Assembly: GCA_002269645.1 (NCBI GenBank) | Contig: NIVC01002693.1 | Location: 1-64,000 of the forward strand | Length of the DNA: 64,000 nucleotides | DNA from: Macrostomum lignano | Lineage: Eukaryota | Direction of reading: 5' to 3' | Shown here: positions 38,445-51,953 of the stretch, in pieces | How the letters are laid out: each line of letters starts with the position of its first letter | Numbering within the stretch: the stretch's first letter is position 1 | Position numbers and translations under genes: made by a program | Notes under the pieces: model-generated | Told to the model about the DNA's origin: nothing | Databases searched by the model: none | Seen by the model: only the letters and a program-made list of their open reading frames with translations

Positions 38445-39060
38445 TCAGTTAGCAGACAATGTCACAAGGCGCGTTTCAAGGCCTGGGCGCGAACCTAGGC
38501 GGCGCCGCCGGCAGTTGTCCGGGGCGCCGGCATCAGCCAGCAGGCAGTCGACGAAACGCCGAGTACGCGCCTGCCCCCGCCGGTAGGGTGCCTGTAGCGT
38601 CAGTAGCAGCACCTCCTGCACCGGCTGTGAGCAGTACGACTCGGCTCGGATGAACTGGCCTGCCAGCTGGAGTCGCCGACGGCGCAACAGTTCGCTGGGG
38701 CGGGACAGGCCGGTGCGGCGATAGAGTGCCGCATTGGTCACTCGCTCGTAGCCGATCTTGAAGGCGGCGCGCAGCAGGCCAGCGTGCGCCGCATCGACCA
38801 GCTGTTCGAGCGAATCCGTCAGCGTCCAGGTCTCGGCGTTGTACAGCAGGACGGTCTCGATTACCACCTGGAACAACGCCGCCCTCTGGCAGTCGGGCAG
38901 CGCCTCGGACTGCAGGACAACCCTCACGGAACGGAAAGCAGCCCAGGCAAGTCCACGAAGACGTCGCAGGTCCTCGCAAACGTCAGGCACCAGACAGCCG
39001 AGGTTAGACGAACTGCTGACAGCACGGAAGCTTCGTCGCTTGTCCGTCGGCGCCTCGGCA
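38445..39060 (-). mobile_element. Older related RTE-like 3' fragment, interrupted by the plus-strand copy; its (TTG)n tail is at 37048-37062
   Basis: RRLRGLAWAAFRSV...LLYNAETWTLTDSLE is paralogous to the neighbouring ORF. Confidence 0.85.
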
Positions 39061-39654
39061 CAAAAAATAGCAGCTTCGATGAAGTACAGAAAGTGGGGAT
39101 GCTGCGAGTTTAAAACAAAAGCAGAATATTTAAAATCATCAGTTTAGGAGGGGAAAAGGAAAGGCACCGAGGGTGGCATCACGGTGGCAACAGGGAATCC
39201 TGAGGATGGGTGCTGGACTGCCATTTTCATTACTGGGAGAGAGGCGCACATTTTTTGCCCCAAATGCGCAGTCAAGCTATGGCAAAGATTGATTGTAAAA
39301 AGTAAAGTACGATAGTACATAGAGAAATATACGAGAACTATAAATTGGCAAAATAAATAGATTGAGTATGATGAGTAATAGATCAAAATAAATAGAATAA
39401 AAAACAAAAACTGGATAATAAATAAATTGTTACAACAATACAAGAAGGCCTTACCGACATTTAAATGTCAAATAAGATATTTCCAAATAGAATATCACCC
39501 GATAATATAAAACAAAAAAATTAAATAGGTAAGAAATAAACGTTGCGTAGAAAGAGTTACCGCACCGCACAAGGTGACAGAGTCAACAAACAAGTACAAA
39601 CAATGGCAGAGGAGCAGAAAAAACGCAGAGTAGGGAGAGCAAAAATACCTGAAT

Positions 39655-40830
39655 ATGTTAATTGGCAGGTTCGAGCCGACTGCGGCAGAGCAACTCCCGG
39701 AGGCTCCTGCCCTTGGTGTAGGCTGGCAGCACCGGGGCCTCGCAGTGTCGTTCCAGCCGGTCCCTCACCATGGCAACTAGGGCCTCGGATGCTGCACAAC
39801 GGCCAAAATCTCGTTGGCGCCATGCGGAAAACGGGTCCTCAGGACATCAATCAGCTTGGCTTCTTGGCGCTGACGCCGTTCATTGGCCTTCGGTCCTGCG
39901 CCGTCCTGAGTCCACACGCCGGTTAAGGCGAAGTCTGCCAGGCTGTGGCCATCGCTGGTGAAGTGGCGGGCCACCGGAGTGTCGCGGGCGTGTCGGATGT
40001 CGCCGATGTGCGCCAGTATGCGACGCGGATGCTGTTGACGGTCTCGCCGACAAACACAGTGTGGTCGCACCGGCGTTCATTGCGTTGCAGTCGATCCTGG
40101 GACTGATGACGAGTTGGACCGATGTGGCAGCAGATCCGGGGTAGACGGAGGTGAACCTGGCATGCGCCTGGCAGCACTTGCAGAGCCGGGCCGAGTTGCA
40201 CGGCAGGAAGCCGAACTCCCACCGTCTGGTCGGGTAGAAGCCCAGCTCAGTCAGCACGTCGTACTTGATGGTGCGGAGGAAACGCTGGCTGTAGCCTTGG
40301 TGTTGCACCAGATTCGACATCAGCGAGGTGCCTGCTGCGTCGAAGTTGGCCAACCGGGAGCACCGCCGGGCGTACCTGAGGAGCTGGGATTTCACCACGC
40401 CTCGGAAAGTCCACTTAGGATGAAAGGAGCCGTGGTGAATGAGGGCTCGGCTGTCGGTGGGCTTGAAGTACACCCTGCTTGCCAGGCTCTTAATGTGGCC
40501 TTCGCGGTCCCAGAGGACGGTGGTGTCCAGGAAGTTGACCTCTGCGCTGCAGAGTTGAAGCCGGATGTTCGGGTCGAGGGCGTCCAGGTGTTGATGGAAC
40601 TGGGCCAGCTCCGCCTCTGTGCCGCGCCACACGCCGAAGATGTCATCAATGTAGCGAAGCCAAAGGCTGAGCTTCTGCGGGCTGGTCTCCAGGCCTCTCT
40701 GCTCCCAGTAGCCCATGTAGATGTTGCTGTAGCTGGGCGCGAACGACTTCCCCATGGCAGTGCCTTTTACCTACAGGAAGTGCTTGCCATCGAATTGGGA
40801 ACTCGGATTCGTTGCGCTCCAGGTTCAGCT
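39655..40830 (-). mobile_element. 5'-truncated Penelope-like element (RT C-terminus + GIY-YIG endonuclease), frameshifted
   Basis: GTAMGKSFAPSYSNIY, WLRYIDDIF, VNFLDT, YFKPTD and SFHP; FVGET...R..AH...ARHF...H; GANE. Confidence 0.9.
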
Positions 40831-41074
40831 TGAGCAGGCTGAGCAGGAAGGCGAAGAATGTTGATTGCTCAGAGATTTTAATTTTTACGTGTCACAAAGT
40901 TTACAGCTTCTACTCGTACACTACGGTACACTGCCAAGGGTTTTTAAACCCAGGGTCTGCATGCGTACCTCAAGGGTCAGATAAAGAATCCAGTTCATAA
41001 GAGAGCCAAATGAGAGAGAAAAGGAAAGAGGGAGCTCAGAAGAGAAGATATGATATGACAGATAAAGAGGAGAG

Positions 41075-41076
<2 letters not shown>

Positions 41077-41160
<84 letters not shown>
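41077..41160 (+). repeat. (GA)n microsatellite
   Basis: Direct reading. Confidence 0.98.
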
Positions 41161-41163
<3 letters not shown>

Positions 41164-41639
41164 GAGATTAGAAAAAGAGAGGAGAGGGAAGAGACGAGAT
41201 TACAGATTAGAAAAACAGAGATGAGAGAGAGGAGAGAAGAGAGGAGAGCACTGAAAGAGACACAAGCCCGTGAGCAGTCCAGATCGCTAATACAATTATT
41301 AATCCCCGGGCCGGATCGAGAGGCTTCGGGAGAGTTTGCCGACCCCTTGGCTAACAACTTTCAGTTTCGTTCATTTTGGATGCAAAATTGGCCACATCTA
41401 CATGCAATTTTCTGGTGCCAATAGCAATATTGAAAGTCCTGTCTTTGACAAAACACTTGTGTACCCTAACTGTAGCAAAGGGCATCAGCTGTGTAAAAAT
41501 TCTTTATCAAGTGTATTTGAATCTGACTCTTAAATTTAATGTACATAATTGTTCCAGTAAATCAGGTTCTCCAGTTTGGGAGCATTAGCCTACTGCTTCG
41601 ATTCTTGAACCACAGCTTCAAACTCGCTTTATTGCTGGC

Positions 41640-42807
41640 CAAGGACTACTTAAGAACACAGAACGTTACACTTGCAAATATTGGCAGAATTCTAAAAGGC
41701 CGCTTTGAATGCATGTGTCAATGGTTTTAGTGGCCTTTTTGCTATTTGTAGCAATGTGTATAATACATGAATAGAAATTAAAGCCTAGTAAATAAAGCTT
41801 TTTATATGCATGTACACCGACAAAATATTTATATTTTCTCCAAAAGGTGATCGTGAACAGGGTGTAGAAGTTTAACAAAAAACGAAGAAATACCCAAAAA
41901 TAACAAGAATGACAATATTGAATGATAGAAACTACACTTGGTCAACAATAATAATACTTATTCGCTCATATCCCGATTCATGGACTTGTTTAAAATGTAG
42001 AAGCAACACGATGGTAGCAAAGATGACAGTGAAAATAGTAATAAATTCGTCACAAAGTTAACCGGAGTTTAATTTTCGTAACCGTCTTGCACCAACACCG
42101 CTTTGATGTCTCTCAGTTTCAGATTCCTTTCTTACTAAACCCTTGTAAAAGGAATTTGCAAACCGGCGAGATATTCTTATAAGTAGCTCGTTGCCAAGTG
42201 CAATATCCAAAAAAGAGTCGAAAATTCTCAGAAACACATTAACTGAACTGTTAACGCAACGCTGTCCGGAGCCGAGAAAGAAGACGTAGCAGAAACTAGC
42301 ATACACAACAAGCCATTCTGGCGGATGACTCAATTTTCCGCGAGACACCAACTTTGTGAACTCACAGCTGTTGTCTGTAGCATATGCCTCGGTGCTTTTC
42401 CCGGACAAATTTTCCTTGTACGAGACATAACCGCAAAGCCTTCATCCAGGAGTCAATTTCAGCCTCTTGTTTCGGAAAAGTATATACGGTGCACCTTTTA
42501 CCACTTTTGTAGTTGCTTGTGCAGCCTGGAACGCAACACTTCGTCGGCATCTTGTATAACTCAATTGATAATTTAATTTGAAGAAAGAAATAAAAGATCC
42601 AGAGAACACAATAAAGTGAGCTGTTTGCGATCTTGTCTGCTTGGTGCTCTAACGTAGACTTATGGGTTATGAGTATCATGCTACGCTGCGATGCGAATTA
42701 CTAAGCAAAAAGGCCACTAAAACCATAGACACATGCATTCAAAGCGGCCTTTTAGAATTCTGCCAATATTTGCAAGTGTAACGTCCTGTGTTCTTAAGTA
42801 GTCCTTG
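41640..42807 (-). mobile_element. Internally deleted P-element-like (THAP) DNA transposon
   Basis: 104-bp TIRs (41640-41743 and 42704-42807, 2 mismatches, CAAGG ends); 8-bp TSD TTGCTGGC; THAP start MPTKCCVPGC...FPK...W at 42550 joined to a C-terminal RGKLSHP segment. Confidence 0.9.
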
Positions 42808-42959
42808 TTGCTGGCATGGATGACACTCAAAATTATTAACTTTGTTGTCCCCAAGGCTGCAATTATAGTAGTGAATCTTTGAATTATTTGATTTTAGCAC
42901 CGCTGCAAGGATGGTCGAGCATCTCCTCAGTCTCAATGTGTCCGGCTGTTTCACTCCCA

Positions 42960-45900
42960 ATAATCCTGATCCCCAATCCTGATCCCCAATCCTGATCCCC
43001 AATCCTGATCCCCAATCCTGATCCCCAATCCTGATCCCCAATCCTGATCCCCAATCCTGATCCCCAATCCTGATCCCCAATCCTGATCCCCAATCCTGAT
43101 CCCCAATCCTGATTCCCAATCCAGATCCTCCGTGCTCATCCCCAATCCTGATCCTCAATCGCCATCCCCAATCCTGATCCCCAATTCAGATCCCCAATCC
43201 TGATAGTCTATCCCGATAGTCTATCCTGATAGTCTATCCTGATCCCCAATCCTGATCTTCAATCCTGATCCCCAATCCTGATCCCCAATCCTGATCCCCA
43301 ATCCTGATCCCCAATCCTGATCCCCAATCCTGATCCCCAATCCTGATCCCCAATCCTGATCCCCAATCCTGATCCCCAATCCTGATCCCCAATCCTGATC
43401 CCCAATCCTGATCCCCAATCCTAATCCCCAATCCTGATCCCCAATCCTGATCCCCAATCCTGATCCCCAATCCTGATTCCCAATCCTGATCCCCAATCCT
43501 GATCCCCAATCCTGATAGTCTATCCTGATCCCCAATCCTGATCCCCAATCCTGATACCCAATCCTAACCCCAATCCAGATCCCCAATCCAGATACCCAAT
43601 CCTGATAGTCTATCCTGATAGTCTATCCTGATCCCCAATCCTGATCCCCAATCCTGATCCCCAATCCTGATCCCCAATCCTGATCCCCAATCCTAATCCC
43701 CAATCCAGATCCCCAATCCTGATAGTCTATCCTGATCCCCAATCCTGATCCCCAATCCTGATCCCCAATCCTGATCCCCAATCCTGATCCCCAATCCTGA
43801 TCCCCAATCCTAATCCCCAATCCAGATCCCCAATCCAGATACCCAATCCTGATAGTCTATCCTGATAGTCTATCCTGATAGTCTATCCTGATCCCCAATC
43901 CTGATCTTCAATCCTGATCCCCAATCCTGATCCCCAATCCTGATCCCCAATCCTGATCCCCAATCCTGATCCCCAATCCTGATCCCCAATCCTGATCCAA
44001 TCCTGATCCCCAATCCTGATCCCCAATCCTGATCCCCAATCCTGATCCCCAATCCTGATCCCCAATCCTGATCCCCAATCCTGATCCCCAATCCTGATCC
44101 CCAATCCTGATCCCCAATCCTGATCCCCAATCCTGATCCCCAATCCTGATCCCCAATCCTGATCCCTAATCCTGATCCCCAATCCTGATCCCCAATCCTG
44201 ATCCCCAATCCTGATCCCCAATCCTAATCCCCAATCCTGATCCCCAATCCTGATAGTCTATCCTGATAACCAATCCTAATCCCCAATCCAGATCCCCAAT
44301 CCTGATAGTCTATCCTGATAGTCTATCCTGATCCCCAATCCTGATCCCCAATCCTGATCTTCAATCCTGATCCCCAATCCTGATCCCCAATCCTGATCCC
44401 CAATCCTGATCCCCAATCCTGATCCCCAATCCTGATCCCCAATCCTGATCTTCAATCCTGATCCCCAATCCTGATCCCCAATCCTGATCCCCAATCCTGA
44501 TCCCCAATCCTGATCCCCAATCCTGATCCCCAATCCTGATCCCCAATCCTGATCTTTAATCCTGATCCCCAATCCTGATCCCCAATCCTGATCCCCAATC
44601 CTGATCCCTAATCCTGATCCCCAATCCTGATCCCCAATCCTGATCCCCAATCCTGATCCCCAATCCTGATCCCCAATCCTGATCCCCAATCCTGATCCCC
44701 AATCCTGATACCCAATCCTAATCCCCAATCCAGATCCCCAATCCTGATTGTCTATCCTGATAGTCTATCCTGATAGTCTATCCTGATAGTCTATCCTGAT
44801 CCCCAATCCTTATCTTCAATCCTGATCCCCAATCCTGATCCCCAATCCTAATCCCCAATCCAGATCCCCAATCCTGATAGTCTATCCTGATAGTCCATCC
44901 TGATCCTCAATCCTGATCCCCAATCCTGATTGTCTATCCTGATAGTCAATCCTGATAGTCTATCCTGATAGTCTATCCTGATAGTCTATCCTGATCCCCA
45001 ATCCTTATCTTCAATCCTGATCCCCAATCCTGATCCCCAATCCTAATCCCCAATCCAGATCCCCAATCCTGATAGTCTATCCTAATAGTCCATCCTGATC
45101 CTCAATCCTGATCCCCAATCCTGATCCCCAATCCTGATCCCCAATTCTGATCCCCAATCCTGATACCCAATCCTAATCCCCAATCCAGATCCCCAATCCT
45201 GATAGTCTATCCTGATAGACTATTCTGATAGTCTATCCTGATAGTCTATCCTGATAGTCTATCCTGATAGTCTATCCTGATAGTCTATCCTGATAGTCTA
45301 TCCTGATCCCCAATCCAGATCTTCAATCCTGATCCCCAATCCTGATCCCCAATCCTGATCCCCAATCCTGATCCCCAGTCCTGATCCCCAATTCTGATCC
45401 CCAATTCTGATCCCCAATCCTGATCCCCAATTCTGATCCCCAATCCTGATCCCCAATCCTGATCCCCAATCCTGATCCCCAATCCTGATCCCCAATCCTG
45501 ATCCCCAATCATGATCCCCACTCCTGATCCCCAATCCTGATCCCCAATCCTGATCCCCAATCCTGATCCCCAATCCTGATACCCAATCCTAATCCCCAAT
45601 CCAGATCCCCAATCCTGATTGTCTATCCTGATAGTCTATCCTGATAGTCTATCCTGATAGTCTATCCTGATAGTCTATCCTGATAGTCTATCCTGATAGT
45701 CTATCCTGATAGTCTATCCTGATCCCCAATCCTGATCTTCAATCCTGATCCCCAATCCTGATCCCCAATCCTGATCCCCAATCCTGATCCCCAGTCCTGA
45801 TCCCCAATTCTGATCCCCAATCCTGATCCCCAATCCTGATCCCTAATCCTGATCCCCAATCCTGATCCCCAATCCTGATCCCCAATCCGGATCCCCAATC

Positions 45901-48900
45901 CTGATCCCCAATCCTGATCCCCAATCCTGATCCCCAATCCTGATCCCCAATCCTGATCCCCAATCCTGATCCCCAATCCTGATCCCCAATCCTGATCCCC
46001 AATCCTGATCCCCAATCCTGATACCCAATCCTAATCCCCAATCCAGATCCCCAATCCTGATTTTCTATCCTGATAGTCTATCCTGATAGTCTATCCTGAT
46101 AGTCTATCCTGATAGTCTATCCTGATAGTCTATCCTGATCCCCAATCCTGATCTTCAATCCTGATCCCCAATCCTGATCCCCAATCCTGATCCCCAATCC
46201 TGATCCCTAATCCTGATCCCCAATCCTGATCCCCAATCCTGATCCCCAATCCTGATACCCAATCCTAATCCCCAATCCAGATCCCCAATCCTGATAGTCT
46301 ATCCTGATAACCAATCCTAATCCCCAATCCAGATCCCCAATCCTGATAGTCTATCCTGATAGTCTATCCTGATCCCCAATCCTGATCCCCAATCCTGATC
46401 TTCAATCCTGATCCCCAATCCTGATCCCCAATCCTGATCCCCAATCCTGATCCCCAATCCTGATCCCCAATCCTGATCCCCAATCCTGATCTTCAATCCT
46501 GATCCCCAATCCTGATCCCCAATCCTGATCCCCAATCCTGATCCCCAATCCTGATCCCCAATCCTGATCCCCAATCCTGATCCCCAATCCTGATCTTTAA
46601 TCCTGATCCCCAATCCTGATCCCCAATCCTGATCCCCAATCCTGATCCCTAATCCTGATCCCCAATCCTGATCCCCAATCCTGATCCCCAATCCTGATCC
46701 CCAATCCTGATCCCCAATCCTGATCCCCAATCCTGATCCCCAATCCTGATACCCAATCCTAATCCCCAATCCAGATCCCCAATCCTGATTGTCTATCCTG
46801 ATAGTCTATCCTGATAGTCTATCCTGATAGTCTATCCTGATAGTCTATCCTGATCCCCAATCCTTATCTTCAATCCTGATCCCCAATCCTGATCCCCAAT
46901 CCTAATCCCCAATCCAGATCCCCAATCCTGATAGTCTATCCTGATAGTCCATCCTGATCCTCAATCCTGATCCCCAATCCTGATTGTCTATCCTGATAGT
47001 CAATCCTGATAGTCTATCCTGATAGTCTATCCTGATAGTCTATCCTGATCCCCAATCCTTATCTTCAATCCTGATCCCCAATCCTGATCCCCAATCCTAA
47101 TCCCCAATCCAGATCCCCAATCCTGATAGTCTATCCTAATAGTCCATCCTGATCCTCAATCCTGATCCCCAATCCTGATCCCCAATCCTGATCCCCAATT
47201 CTGATCCCCAATCCTGATACCCAATCCTAATCCCCAATCCAGATCCCCAATCCTGATAGTCTATCCTGATAGACTATTCTGATAGTCTATCCTGATAGTC
47301 TATCCTGATAGTCTATCCTGATAGTCTATCCTGATAGTCTATCCTGATAGTCTATCCTGATCCCCAATCCAGATCTTCAATCCTGATCCCCAATCCTGAT
47401 CCCCAATCCTGATCCCCAATCCTGATCCCCAGTCCTGATCCCCAATTCTGATCCCCAATTCTGATCCCCAATCCTGATCCCCAATTCTGATCCCCAATCC
47501 TGATCCCCAATCCTGATCCCCAATCCTGATCCCCAATCCTGATCCCCAATCCTGATCCCCAATCATGATCCCCACTCCTGATCCCCAATCCTGATCCCCA
47601 ATCCTGATCCCCAATCCTGATCCCCAATCCTGATACCCAATCCTAATCCCCAATCCAGATCCCCAATCCTGATTGTCTATCCTGATAGTCTATCCTGATA
47701 GTCTATCCTGATAGTCTATCCTGATAGTCTATCCTGATAGTCTATCCTGATAGTCTATCCTGATAGTCTATCCTGATCCCCAATCCTGATCTTCAATCCT
47801 GATCCCCAATCCTGATCCCCAATCCTGATCCCCAATCCTGATCCCCAGTCCTGATCCCCAATTCTGATCCCCAATCCTGATCCCCAATCCTGATCCCTAA
47901 TCCTGATCCCCAATCCTGATCCCCAATCCTGATCCCCAATCCGGATCCCCAATCCTGATCCCCAATCCTGATCCCCAATCCTGATCCCCAATCCTGATCC
48001 CCAATCCTGATCCCCAATCCTGATCCCCAATCCTGATCCCCAATCCTGATCCCCAATCCTGATCCCCAATCCTGATACCCAATCCTAATCCCCAATCCAG
48101 ATCCCCAATCCTGATTTTCTATCCTGATAGTCTATCCTGATAGTCTATCCTGATAGTCTATCCTGATAGTCTATCCTGATAGTCTATCCTGATCCCCAAT
48201 CCTGATCTTCAATCCTGATCCCCAATCCTGATCCCCAATCCTGATCCCCAATCCTGATCCCCAATCCTGATCCCCAATCCTGATCCCCAATCCTGATCCC
48301 CAATCCTGATCCCCAATCCTGATCCCCAATCCTGATCCCCAATCCTGATCCCCAATCCTGATCCCCAATCCTGATCCCCAATCCTGATCCCCAATCCTGA
48401 TTCCCAATCCTGATCCCCAATCCTGATCCCCAATCCTGATAGTCTATCCTGATCCCCAATCCTGATCCCCAATCCTGATCCCCAATCCTGATCCCCAATC
48501 CTGATACCCAATCCTGATCCCCAATCCAGATCCCCAATCCAGATACCCAATCCTGATAGTCTATCCTGATAGTCTATCCTGATCCCCAATCCTGATCCCC
48601 AATCCTGATCCCCAATCCTGATCCCCAATCTTGATCCCCAATCCTAATCCCAAATCCAGATCCCCAATCCTGATAGTCTATCCTGATCCCCAATCCTGAT
48701 CCCCAATCCTGATCCCCAATCCTGATCCCCAATCCTGATCCCCAATCCTGATCCCCAATCCTGATCCCCAATCCTGATCCCCAATCCTGATCCCCAATCC
48801 TGATCCCCAATCCTGATCCCCAATCCTGATCCCCAATCCTGATCCCCAATCCTGATCCCCAATCCTGATCTTTAATCCTGATCCCCAATCCTGATCCCCA

Positions 48901-49990
48901 ATCCTGATCCCCAATCCTGATCCCCAATCCTGATCCCCAATCCTGATTCCCAATCCTGATACCCAATCCTAATCCCCAATCCAGATCCCCAATCCTGATA
49001 GTCTATCCTGATAGTCTATCCTGATCCCCAATCCTGATCCCCAATCCTGATACCCAATCCTAATCCCCAATCCAGATCCCCAATCCTGATAGTCTATCCC
49101 GATAGTCTATCCGGATAGTCTATCCCGATAGTCTATCCGGATAGTCTATCCTGATCCCCAATCCTGATCTTCAATCCTGATCCCCAATCCTGATCCCCAA
49201 TCCTGATCCCCAATCCTGATCCCCAATCCTGATCCCCAATCCTGATCCCCAATCCTGATCCCCAATTCTGATCCCCAATCCTGATCGCCAATCCTGATCC
49301 CCAATCCTAATCCCCAATCCTGATCCCCAATCCTGATCCCCAATCCTGATCCCCAATCCTGATCCCCAATCCTGATCCCCAATCCTGATCCCCAATTCTG
49401 ATCCCCAATCCTGATCCCCAATCCTGATCCCCAATCCTGATCCCCAATCCTGATCCCCAATCCTGATTCCCAATCCTGATCCCCAATCCTGATCCCCAAT
49501 CCTGATCCCCAATCCTGATCCCCAATCCTGATCCCCAATCCTGATCCCCAATCCTGATACCCAATCCTAATCCCCAATCCAGATACCCAATCCTGATAGT
49601 CTATCCTGATAGTCTATCCTGATCCCCAATCCTGATCCCCAATCCTGATCCCCAATCCTGATCCCCAATCCTGATCCCCAATCCTGATCCCCAATCCTGA
49701 TCCCCAATCCTGATCCCCAATCCTGATCCCCAATCCTGATCCCCAATCCTGATCCCAATCCTGATCCCCAATCCTGATCCCCAATCCTGATCCCCAATCC
49801 TGATCCCCAATCCTGATCCTCAATCCTGATCCCCAATCCTGATCCCCAATCCTGATCCCCAATCCTGATCCCCAATCCTGATCCCCAATCCTGATCCTCA
49901 ATCCTGATCCCCAATCCTGATCCCCAATCCTGATCCTTAATCCTGATCCCCAATCCAGATCCCCAATCCTGATCCCTAATTCTGATTCCT
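42960..49990 (+). repeat. 13-bp minisatellite (GATCCCCAATCCT with interspersed GATAGTCTATCCT runs), ~540 units
   Basis: Direct reading; a short degenerate version is at 27629-27770. Confidence 0.98.
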
Positions 49991-50809
49991 GATTCTGACC
50001 GTAGGGACTATTCATTACTTTTTTACTTTAGCGAGTCATTACATGAAAATGTACTGTAAGGACCTTAGTTGTGATCTAACAGACAACCTGCATTCCCGAC
50101 CTGCAGCCCCTTGCCCCTTATCTAACGCACCCACCATTAGACAGCCAGCACACTTCTCTAGAGCAAGAATAGCAAGCAGCGTTTTCGACATTTTTTCAAA
50201 TATGAAAACACTCTCTTACCGAAGTCTTACCGAATCGCTTGTACAAAATTTAAACTGTGCAACTGTGCTTTAAAACTGTGCACTGCTGTCATTTCAATTG
50301 ACCATTCAGTTCAATGCCTTTGGGGTCCCCGCCTTCCCCAGCACTCCGTCTCCGAGCTCGATTCCACCTCTGTGAGGTTGGGGTCTGAGCTGCCCAGCAA
50401 CAGCATAGGGGGCTAGAGAGCTGTCTCTATGCTCAAGACCGTATGAGTGCAGTGGCAGCCCTTTACCTGTCCGAGCATCTGAAAACAGTTCAGCTCAATT
50501 CAATACAGTAGCTTCATCAGGCTGGGTGCACAGAGGCGGGCATGGATGCTGAGCTCGCTATTGTTCTCCATCTGCTTGCAGCTCTCTCTGTCTGCCTTCT
50601 TTTCTGCCTTTCTTCGTTTCGAGCTTCTCTTTAAGAGATGCAGAAGGGGCCTCTTGGAGCGTCTCAGCTCGGATCGGCCTCAGGCAGACTCAAGAATTTT
50701 CTTAGACTGCATTGGCTTTTTGGAGCAGAGAAGCTGCATAACTTTACTGTTTTGCTTCTGAATCCCCACAGCACAGTTCACAAAGAGTAACCGGTGAGTG
50801 CCTGTCTGA

Positions 50810-51820
<1,011 letters not shown>

Positions 51821-51953
51821 GTACACCACCGTCATCGTAAGTCCCACCTCCATTCTCAGACGCATCTCAAACTCAACGCAGCACATCAGCTCTGTCAGCA
51901 CCTCGGCAGCGACTCAGCCGCCCTTGAGCAGCCGAAGGCACTCGTGCAGCTCC

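Noticed and set aside
39100-39660. Hammerhead ribozyme expected near the Penelope-like element
   Set aside because: CTGATGA at ~39140 (minus) is not followed by a stem II-GAAA core that I could fold by eye; an Infernal search would be needed
42739-50015. Many ORFs encoding GIRIGDQDWGSGL repeats
   Set aside because: Translation artefact of a stop-free 13-bp repeat, seen in all three frames
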